Positions 49,272 through 59,451 of a stretch of DNA of 64,000 bases are shown one piece after another. Origin of the DNA: Octopus vulgaris (lineage: Eukaryota); contig OX597815.1 in NCBI GenBank assembly GCA_951406725.2, forward strand, positions 117,056,001 to 117,120,000, in the 5' to 3' direction. Numbering within the stretch: the first letter of the stretch is position 1; each line of letters starts with the position of its first letter. Made by a program: the position numbers and the translations under genes. The notes under the pieces were generated by a model that made no database searches, was not told where the DNA came from, and saw only the letters and a list, made by a program, of their open reading frames with translations.

Positions 49272-49413
49272 TTTGACCATAATAAGGAGACAGAAATTGA
49301 TCGTTTGAAGAAGTTATTTGAAGTGACTCGGGAGTTGATAGTATTGAAAAATGATCAGTTGGAGGAGGTAATTGTAAATATGGAAGAAGAAACTAAAAAA
49401 GAAGCAAAAAGAG
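49272..49413 (+). CDS. CEP290: CEP290 coding exon 2
   Basis: FDHNKETEIDRLKKLFEVTRELIVLKNDQLEEVIVNMEEETKKEAKR between AG and GT, ending in phase 1. Confidence 0.85.
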
Positions 49414-49879
49414 GTATCTACCAATATTTTGTTATGTCATGAGCTTTGTGAATTATTACGTTTATTAGTAGAAAATCCCCAGTGTGTTGAACTTCTTGTT
49501 AACCTGTCCCAACACCACTATCACCCTCACCCAGCTAGCAAGCTGGTAGACTCCGTAGCGTGCTGGATAAAATGCTTAGTGATATTTTGTTTGTCCTTAT
49601 GTTCTGAGTTCAAATTCTGCTATGGTCAACTTTACCTTTTATCCTTTCAGGGTCATAAAATAAGTACCAGTTAAGCACAGGGGTCAATGTAATTGACTAA
49701 CTCCTCCCCACAAATTTTAGGCTTTGTGCCTATAATAGAGAGGATTATTATTGGAGAAGCAAGTCTATGCCATTGAACACCATAGTAGGTCATTGGATAG
49801 ACTGATTGGTTAAATTACTTGGAGTCTCATTTAGTGTAGATCTCCAGGTGGACAAGAACTAGGATGAGGTTATAAGCAG

Positions 49880-50400
49880 GATGGCCAGCCTTGCTTAGAA
49901 AAAGGCTGATAGGAAACTACCCTTGAAAGGTTGAGCAGAGGTGGCGAATGCATACATCCCCTCTGTAGTAACGTACTACCTGACAATCGTACTTTTCTCC
50001 AGTCCACATTTGATCACCCTGGAGTATTTAGTTTTCATTTCCTGAGGAAAGGATGTGTTCCACTAGTTAGGCAGTCCATCTATTGCCACCACCTGCTGGA
50101 AGGCAGGTTTGGCATGCCATGGCTTCTGATGCACAGACATGTGCTGAGGCTGTGCAGCACATATTCCTGGATGGCGAACAAAGAAACCATATTGCATGCC
50201 TAGTGCAGTATCCAAGCATTGCCGACTTTTGCAATTGTGTTAACAGCTGTTGTCGTGTAGGATGAATCCGATCATCTGCCAAAGCCATTATGATGATTGT
50301 TTCACCATCTCCCTTTAGCAAGGCACAGCAAGCAGCATTTCTCTGTTTATGGGCTATGGTGAAGGAGATTGTGTGGTGAATAAGCTGAAAGGCTTGAGGA
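49880..50400 (-). mobile_element. Mariner transposase remnant
   Basis: A minus-strand frame gives FILHDNSC*H (compare the mariner LHDNARPH motif). Heavily decayed; boundaries approximate. Confidence 0.45.
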
Positions 50401-50566
50401 AAACATCTTCCTCTTTGGTCAAGCCCTCATTGACTTATTAAATTTGTTCGGCTAAACCCTTTGAGGTGGTGCTCCAGCATGGCCACAGTAAAAGTTAAAA
50501 GGTAAGGAAGATATGTGTCATTCAAACTAAATATTTAATATTTTCTCTCCTGTTAATTTTTGATAT

Positions 50567-50854
50567 TGTTATGGGAGATTCCTGAACTCGTGATTGAAGG
50601 TGAACTAACTGATTACAATAAATAAGAACTGAGTGAAGTGTCAAGGGGTGAGGTGGGGGGTCGTTGACAGTGTTAGTTTGACCATGTTGTTTAACTGTGT
50701 TGGTTTTGGTAGTTGAACTGTGAATACTGAGTATTGTACCTATGTTCAAGTAGTATGGAGTGCATTCTGTGACAGGTTATTTTTAGATAACAACAACCTA
50801 CTATTTATTTTTGTAATACCATTTTACACCAGACATGTATACCATGTCATAACA
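50567..50854 (+). mobile_element. Solo LTR
   Basis: Terminal inverted TGTTATG..CATAACA, flanked by GATAT/GATAC (5-bp TSD with one mismatch), with an internal AATAAA. Confidence 0.65.
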
Positions 50855-51290
50855 GATACATATTTTATTATTGATTTATTTACTCATTAATTGCTTAAAA
50901 TATTCACTGATTTAAAATATTTACTAATTTAATTGTTTATTATGTTCTATGTTTTTCTGTTTTCTTGGATTTTATTCAGACATTGTTTTTTCTTTTCTTG
51001 TACCATTCCTTTTAGCTTCTTTAATATATTTTCTCCTAGTTTCTTTTCAACTTTTCGCTTAGCTTTCTTTCTTTATTTTTATAAGCTTTTCTTCATTTAC
51101 TTCTGTTTATATTACAAGCATTATTTTGTTCTATTTTCTTTGTTTTTTTCATTATATTTTTTATTTCAATATTCTTTTGTCTGTGTTGTTGTTGTTGTTA
51201 GTGTTTGTTGAATCCTGATTGATTGAGACAATATTTTAACTTCTTGTTTGGCAAATAATGTAACTTGACATCTGATCTCTATTTTTACAG

Positions 51291-51346
51291 AACAGAAATT
51301 GCAAGCTAAAATTAAAGAGTTAGAACTCTTGAGTAGCAATCTGAAG
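51291..51346 (+). CDS. CEP290: CEP290 coding exon 3
   Basis: (E)QKLQAKIKELELLSSNLK; phase consistent; compare human ENQLKTKVMKLENEL. Confidence 0.85.
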
Positions 51347-52234
51347 GTAACTATCTTTTGTTTGGCACACTTGTTTCTTACTTTTAAATTTAATAATGCT
51401 TTCTTCTATGAACGAAGGATTTTACATTTATAGCAAATGAGAGATGGTGAATACAATGTTCATATCTTTCTGTTAGAGAAACAAGTGGAATTAGAATACT
51501 TAATTGTAGACTCAGAATGCAGAGATCTTGTTACTGTCTGAAAAAAGGTAGAGTACAGAAAAAATTATGTGTAAAAAGTATATCTATAAACCAAAAAAAA
51601 TTACCTTCCACCCTGCATTTTTCCCTGTGTGTATATAGATGTGTATATGGAATCCTTTGTGCATGTGTATGGATGTGAGCGTGTGTGTGTGGGTATGTGT
51701 GTTATATAGATGTGTTCATGTATGTGTGCATGTGAGTACATGCGTATATAGACGTGTTTTACTCAGTGTTTTTACACATTTTCCTGTATCTTTTTAGACG
51801 TATGTATAATCCTTTTTGTGCGTGTGTGTGTGTGTGCGGGTATGTGCGTATATGGGCGTGTGTGTGCGTGTTTAAGGATATGTGCATTTATAAACGTGGT
51901 TTACTCTTTGTATACTCCCTTATGCCTTTTTTCTGTATTGTTACCCGTAATCCTGTTTTTTATTGTGCTTGTGCTTATGTAGACGTATGTATGAACTTTT
52001 ACAGTGCACGCGTGTGTGTGTGAGTTTGTATGTATATGCATATACATTTGGCGAAGGATGCAAGTTAAGATGTGTATGTTTTTCTAGTGAGGGTGGATGA
52101 ATGTATGCGTACGCACATGGGTGTGCGGGTGCACATGTGTAGGTATGAACAGGTGCACTTACGCGAATACTATGAACCTTTTACTTCCTCCCCTCCCTTA
52201 GTGGTCATTCGAATAGCTCTTTTGTCTTAATAGC

Positions 52235-52468
52235 GGTCAATAACACAGTAATTTCCCTTTGTATAATGGTCATTTTTCATAGCGTTTTTCCGATGGCTGG
52301 ATAACTGAAGAGATGGTGGTGTGGATTTCCACCTTGGCATCCGAAACTCGGAGTTTTATCTTGGCTACCTAATGATTGTCACATATTACTGTTACAGATA
52401 AATTCCTCTATTTACTTAATATCGAGGTCTCTTTCTTTCTTTTGCTATTTTACTGTTTTTATCAATAT

Positions 52469-52519
<51 letters not shown>

Positions 52520-52537
52520 TACATATATATGCATATA

Positions 52538-52581
<44 letters not shown>

Positions 52582-53080
52582 TAAAAACGGTAAGATAACA
52601 AAGGAAAGAAAGAGACCTCAATATTATGTAAATAGAGGAAATTTATCTATAAAATAATATGTTACAATTACTCTATAGTCAAGATAATCTATGTAATACA
52701 CGTCCATATTAAATTCTTCTGTGTGTAAGAGTCCTCAACCGATGTTAGGCGATAATCCAAAAAAGCCGTATTAGCTCTTAGTGAAGAATAGCGTTGTCTG
52801 GGAGGTAATGTATTGGTAAAAACAGTAAGATAACAAAGGAAAGAAAGAGACCTCAATATTATGTAAATAGAGGAAATTTATCTTTAAAATAATATGTTAC
52901 AATTACTCTATAGTCAAGATAATCTATGTAATACGCGATGTTAGGCGATAATCCCAAAAAGCTTTTTTGGATTATCGCCTAACATCGGTTGAGGACTCTT
53001 ACACACAGAAGAATTTAATATGGACACGTATTACATAGAGTATCTTGACTATAGAGTAATTGTAACATTATTTTATATAT
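52235..53080. repeat. Compound direct and inverted Penelope-like terminal repeats around a (TA)n tract
   Basis: 52375-52468 is inverted relative to 52574-52670. 52574-52766 is repeated directly at 52811-52962, then folds back through AAGCTT (52959-52964) to ~53077. Confidence 0.85.
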
Positions 53081-53428
53081 ATATATGTAAAAACACACAC
53101 CTCAAGACAAAGAAAAAAAGAACTGTGTTATGAATGATATGGATTTCTTTTGTATGGGTCAGTTTAGGGTGAAATAAACTAAGGTAAATTTTTATGTGGA
53201 ATCAGATATCATTTGAACTGGTTTAGCATTAGTGTTTATTGTATTAACTCAGTAGAGATTTGAACACACAATGTAGAGGGATGATGTTATATACTGTTAG
53301 GCATTTAGATTGACACTCTACTGGGTTTTTTTTACCAACTCACTAACTATTTCAAGAAAATTAATATAACCACAAAGATTCTATTGTAGTTTATATAATA
53401 TCTTTTGTTTTATTTTCCTTTCTTTCAG

Positions 53429-53578
53429 AAATCTAGTATAGATGGAGATTACACATCTTCCAGTACCAGATACTTGCAAGAAGAGATTAATCATCTAAAT
53501 AACCAAATTCATCATTTAACTGAAGAAAATATGGAATTGCAAAGAGATCTAGATGACGAAAAGAGATCTAGTGAAAGG
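53429..53578 (+). CDS. CEP290: CEP290 coding exon 4
   Basis: KSSIDGDYTSSSTRYLQEEINHLNNQIHHLTEENMELQRDLDDEKRSSER (compare human DTRFLRNEI..EKEKKVNEQ). Confidence 0.9.
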
Positions 53579-54882
53579 GTATAATTATTGACTTCATTAT
53601 TCAGTGTGTGTGCATGTATGTACGCATGTGTGTGTGTGTGTGTTTGTTCCATCTGGATGATTTTCAACTTTAGTAGAAGTGGCAATAATTTTGACAGGAT
53701 ATCTTAACAAACTTCTTTTCTACTTTAGTAGTTTAGATTTATATTTAAATGTTTATATAGTTTACAGTATTATTTCATGGACAGTTTTGTTTCCATTTTC
53801 ATAACTGTGAGGCTGACCTCCCACTTTCTCTTTGTTTTAAATATTGTATTAGTGTGACTGGTTTCAAAATTTCTCAGACAGATTCTTTTATATTAATTCT
53901 GTGGTGGTTCCTAGTTCCTAGTAGATATCATATGGAAAAATGGTCGAGAAGTTCACTTTTCAGTCATCAGGCGCAGAATTTGATTTCACTACAAGTCATC
54001 TTGAGCAAGTGTTTTGCTCTAGCCTAAGATCAACCTGTGCTTTACAAATGAACTTGGGTAAATGGAAACTGTATGGAAGCCCATAGGATAGCTTGTGTAA
54101 TTCAAGTCTGGTTTTGTCACACTGTCTCATCTGATTCTGCCTGAGAATTTTGTTAACCCTTCAGCATTTAAACTGCCTGAATGAAGCTCGACTATTCTTC
54201 CTGTTTTATGTTCAAACTGATCAGATCCTGCCTCTCACACTTACTCCTCACTGTTATTGTGATCATAAACAATCACATCTCCAAAATCTTAAAACTATGA
54301 GATATTGCATGATTATCTCAAAACAACTCAGAGTAATCTGAATGTTAAAGGGTTCAAGGTACATATGTCTGTGGAATACTCAGCCATTTACACACTAATT
54401 GAATGTGTTTGGCAGTTCTTATTGATTGAACAACTGAAAACTCATGGTTGAAAATTCTGATCAAGATCCATTTATGTAGTTTCTGCCAATATAGTTCTTT
54501 TGTTCATTCAAATTACTCTACTGTATATTTGAAAACTTGGCACATAGAATAGTATTTAGTCTTTTGTTTCTGTACTGATATATATATATATAATGAATTT
54601 TTATAATTTTATTATGGGTAAGAATGGAAACAATTGTATGTAATTTGTATTTAATATTTATTATTTATTATATTATTATTATAAGAATATAATATAATAT
54701 TTTGTTAAGAAATTTTAATTTTTGAATTGACAGTTGTATATCTTCATTTTCTTTTCATTTTTATAAATCTAATATATACCCATGTGAATTTTTCTCTACT
54801 AAATTAGGTATTAAACAATTGAGCTAGTGAAAAGTTGGCTGTATTCATCCCTATTTTCCTTATATATATATATAATATATAA

Positions 54883-55100
54883 CGGGAAGCTTTATGAAAA
54901 TAAACAAAAGACGAAGGCAGGTTTACAGAAATAAACAAAAGACGGAGGCAGGTGGAATACAAACAAACAATTGTATTAGTATGGCGCTCAGGAAATATAA
55001 ATAAAACAAGTCTTTAACGTTTCGAGCCTACGCTCTTCAACAGAAAGATACATAGAGAAGAAACACAGAAAGAAGGAGAGAAAAAAAAATGCGTGCAGAG
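54883..55100 (-). repeat. Second copy of the Penelope-like terminal repeat at 37267-37432
   Basis: Shared AAAAGACGAAGGCAGGT, TGTATTAGTAT..CGCTCAGGAA and GTTTCGAGCCTACGCTCTTC; adjacent to (TA)n. Confidence 0.8.
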
Positions 55101-55117
55101 GCTAGCGAATCAACATG

Positions 55118-55573
55118 ATAATATGGGTGGCTTGTTAGCAATTTAACAACTTAAAGGCAAATGTATAGATATCACTAAGGTGACAAAGGGTACAAAGTGG
55201 TACTGGCATTGCTAGAAATAAGAGTGAAAACGATTCATTAGCCACAAGAGCACTAGCTTAATAAGCTGACAAGGGAGGCAAACCTCCCTATGGTTGCAGA
55301 CATAGCTATATCACTAGTTATTTCGAATTTTGATGCAGAGCATCTTAATTCTCATCAGTGGCTTTTATTGCACCTAGGGTTAAGCTCAACTCACCACATC
55401 AACTTATTAGAAAAAACGTTGAAAACATGTGCTGATTTAAAAAGTGGTAGAAGTGAAAGCTATAAATAATATTGGTGGCTTATTAACAATTTAACAACCT
55501 AAAGGTAAATTTGTAGTCATCACTAAGGTGACAGAGGGTACAAAGTGGTACCTGCATTGCTAGAAATAAGAGT
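55118..55573 (-). repeat. 1.3 tandem units of a 348-bp repeat with a degenerate hammerhead core
   Basis: 55118-55225 is repeated at 55466-55573. CTGATGAG..CGAAA..GTC lies on the minus strand between the copies. Confidence 0.75.
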
Positions 55574-55579
55574 CAAATT

Positions 55580-55611
<32 letters not shown>

Positions 55612-55783
55612 CATGTATGATGATGATGATATATACAGGTGAGCATGTAAGTGCAAAACAAGGTGGAAAAAATAGTACTCGAATACCAAAGGTAGAGTAG
55701 TATGCTTTTATTAAAGCTGCAAAATTATCCCAAAACTGTTTCATTTTGTCATTTATGAGACAGTTGTGATGAAAACTCATCAC

Positions 55784-55825
55784 AACTGTCCGACGAACAG
55801 GAACGTGAAACTCTGAGTAACAGTT
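55784..55825 (+). ncRNA. Minimal type I hammerhead-ribozyme-like motif
   Basis: AACTGT-CCGACGA-AC[AGGAAC]GT-GAAA-CTCTGAG-TA-ACAGTT: a perfect 6-bp stem I and a canonical core except U4C. Confidence 0.55.
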
Positions 55826-55854
55826 TTGCGATAATTTTGCAGCTTTAGTAAAAG

Positions 55855-55885
<31 letters not shown>

Positions 55886-56220
55886 ATGAAGGAAATGGAA
55901 GATGGATTTAGTATGAATCTTTATTCAGCACAATGACCATTTCAACCTATTCTGCAGCTGTCCCATTGGAGTAGGATATTTTGCATCTAGTTGTGTTACA
56001 TCAATCCGTGCAGGCTGTGTCACTTCAGGTACTTGGTGTGAAAAAAGGTATCCTGCTAGATGTACTGCGTTCTCTTTGGCATATTGTTTTTGCTCATTGT
56101 ACATTGGTGCACAGACAGAAGATAGAATAATTTGGTGGTTGTAGGATGACATCAGGTAGCCCAAACAGTGAATGTGCTTTAACCAACATACTAATAGACA
56201 TATATCCAAAGTCCAAATAG

Positions 56221-56254
<34 letters not shown>

Positions 56255-56623
56255 GGTGATTATCTACTCCGTATGCAGAATCTGACCACCTCTTGTACTT
56301 ACATCTTAGATCCATCATGGCTCCTGATGTGGCTTTTTAAACCAGACAGTGTATTGAAAAAACACCCACATAGATTGCATATCCAATTTGGACCACCAAG
56401 AGCTGCAGTTAAGTTCTGATCCATGTAGATCTTAAAATGTCTTTTGAGGCCTCTGTTAGATTTGCAGAGCTTATGGCATACACAGCATTGACAGGTGTGC
56501 TCAGATATATAGGCAGAGTAGTTGGTGGAGGAACTCTTCAGTAGTTAACAGCCATCCAACAAATATGTGTATATCATTTTATATATTCTTATATATGTAT
56601 ATAAGTCTATTTTTCCTTTTTCT

Positions 56624-56662
<39 letters not shown>

Positions 56663-56791
56663 TATATTTAAATCTTATTTTATTTATATTTTAAAATTAC
56701 ACACATATATACATATACTAGTGTCTATGTAGCTGGTATCAAACTAATGTATCATCATCATATATGAAAGACATTCTTTTTTTACTTTCAG

Positions 56792-56845
56792 TATAATTCA
56801 CAGATCATTGATCTTGACAGAGAGAAGAGTGTTCTGCGACAAGAA
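56792..56845 (+). CDS. CEP290: CEP290 coding exon 5
   Basis: YNSQIIDLDREKSVLRQE, 54 nt, between AG and GTAAG. Confidence 0.85.
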
Positions 56846-57272
56846 GTAAGAAAAACAAATTCTTTTTGTATTGGATTTAAGTCTATTTCATGCATTGTTC
56901 TATTTCACTAAAAACTGCTACATTCATTAAGGCCACTATCAAACATTAGAAACAGTTCACACTTCCTATTTTATATCCTTATTCTTAGATCTAACCAGTA
57001 CTTTCTTGTATAGATGGGAATATTTAAAAATATGTTTTACATCACTAACTATGACAAAATTTCTCTTTGATGTATTCTAATTAGCCTTGTTTTGTATGGG
57101 AACCTCAGATTTTACCTGGTCTTTTTTATCAAATGAGGAGAAATATAAGATAGAAAGTTATTTTTACCATAAAGCATCAAGTTTAGTTTTTTTACTATAT
57201 TTCTCATCTTTACTATGTTTTATTTTGTAATAGAACTTGTATTTGTTTTAAGATACAATTTTATACTTCTAG

Positions 57273-57425
57273 AATGACCAAATGAGACAGGACATCAGTG
57301 ACTATAAAATGCAGCTGCAATCTCAAAGAGATAATTTATTGCATCAGAAAGAAGGAGATCTGGAATATAAAGAAAAAGTATTACAAAAGAATCGACAGCT
57401 TGGTGAGGCAATGGAAGAATTACAG
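57273..57425 (+). CDS. CEP290: CEP290 coding exon 6
   Basis: NDQMRQDISDYKMQLQSQRDNLLHQKEGDLEYKEKVLQKNRQLGEAMEELQ (compare human NEQLCQDIIDYQKQIDSQKETLL). Confidence 0.92.
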
Positions 57426-58254
57426 GTTTAAGTATCTCTACTTTGAAGTCCTTTTATTCTAATACTTTCTTTCCTTGAACTGCTGCTCTCTGGAACTTAC
57501 TAGCATTGTCTTGTTTTCCTCTGGTCTATGATACTCAATCCTTCATTTTTTATGTCAAGTAACGTCTTTTGAATTTGTAAGCCCCTTCTTTATCTTATGC
57601 TTCAGTGGTCTCAAGCCTTGTTTGGGACAAAATCTTATTTAAAAAAATATAGATAAAATAATATGGCATACTGCAGAGTTGAAAAATGATTAATTTATAG
57701 AGGCTTTCAAACTTTGTTAAAATACTTTGTCATTAACGACGTTTTGTTATAATGCAAATAAAAATATAAAATGGAAACCATGAAAAGTAACAAAAAATTT
57801 TCTTTGATCACAAAACTAGTTTTGAGAAGGGTACCATTGTTTCTGTCCCTTAAAACAACCATCTTGGTCTACAGAATGAGACTTTGCCATGATTTTTAAT
57901 TCTGTATATGAGGATAGATATTGTGGTCATTTGCAATTAAAAAAAAAAATCTTACTTCTTTCATTCCTACCCTCACCAAAAATATGGTATCAAAGTCATG
58001 ACAGTGTTTAATTGAGAATCTAATTAACAATCTGCTTGATAATTATTTCTCTTCCACATCAATATCTATGAACATTGTTCAAATTTTGACACAACTAAAA
58101 CAGAAGCAATACCTAATGCATCTCTCTTAGAAACAAATCTCATACCCCTTTCTATAATCTATATCAATTTATTTCTTGAGGCTGTTGATTGCTCCTACTT
58201 TTCTTGAAGTAAGACAAATAACATAATTTCAGATTTCTATTTTTATTTACACAG

Positions 58255-58368
58255 AATTTAACTGATGCTAATGAAGAACTGAAAGAGCAAGTTGAAAAAC
58301 TGACCAAAAAGTTGGCAGAAGCTGTCAAAGATATTGATCAAACAACTGAAGATTATTTAAGACTTAAG
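58255..58368 (+). CDS. CEP290: CEP290 coding exon 7
   Basis: NLTDANEELKEQVEKLTKKLAEAVKDIDQTTEDYLRLK (compare human TLTEANEKI..MTDEYNRMK). Confidence 0.92.
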
Positions 58369-59254
58369 GTAATTTATATTAAATTTATACTCCTAACAAT
58401 TGTTTGGAATTTTAGTAAAGAAATCAAAACATTTTCTCGTGATATCTTCCATTCAGTGTTGTTATATATTCAAATATATTTGAAGGAAGTTCCTATCAGT
58501 GTATGAATAAATTTATGCAATGGCTGAGTAAAACTTTAAATAAAATCCTTGAGATAAATACTCAATGCAGTAGTATTATTGTCCAACTGTCCACTGTTGT
58601 AATTTCACTATCTGTTGTGGAATTAACTTGGTATTATTCAAAGTTAGAATGGCCCTGCGGTCTCATATCATGCCCAAAAGTTCATCAGGAGTCATGTTTA
58701 TCAGGGAATAGATTCAAGGAACATGTTTATGTGCCTCATCAAAATACTTTGGCTTGTGATTGAAAACTACAAACAATAGACATGTTCAATTTTGAAGTAC
58801 ATCAATGAAGGATAGTTAGCGTTTGCTTCATGCCACACTAAAAGACTGTTTATTTTTACTGCTATGCGAAAATGATTTTTCAAAGTTAATGTGAAAGCCT
58901 AGAATATATATTTGCCACTTACATTACACATACATTACAAAAATAATCAGAACTAAATATAAAAGACATTTAAAAAATAGAGAAAAGTTATCATAGAATG
59001 TAATGCTGAGAGGAAATATAATAGATTGAAGATTCAAATTAAATACAAAATCCGCATGGTAATTGATTTTGTGTTGCTTAACTTTGGTGGTTGGACAAAA
59101 ACTGGTGATTTGTAAGTAATATAGCCATTATTGATTTTGTGTCTTCAGTTTCTTGGTTGTAACTATTCTATGCACAATTGTTTTCAGAAACTATTCCATA
59201 CATAAATGTCTCTAAGGGTTGACTATAATATTTATCTAATATCTATTTGTACAG

Positions 59255-59323
59255 AAAATTGTTGATGATGGTGATAATGTCAATGATAGATTGAAAGAAG
59301 AGAATATAATAATGAAAAGCCAG
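59255..59323 (+). CDS. CEP290: CEP290 coding exon 8
   Basis: KIVDDGDNVNDRLKEENIIMKSQ (compare human AIVHQTDNVIDQLKKEN). Confidence 0.9.
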
Positions 59324-59420
59324 GTTAGTTTAAATATTTTTCTGAAACTATAAAAAATATGTACATCTACCCCAAAATTGCTGATTTTGAGCCAAAATTT
59401 GGAACCAATATATTATAAAT

Positions 59421-59449
<29 letters not shown>

Positions 59450-59451
<2 letters not shown>

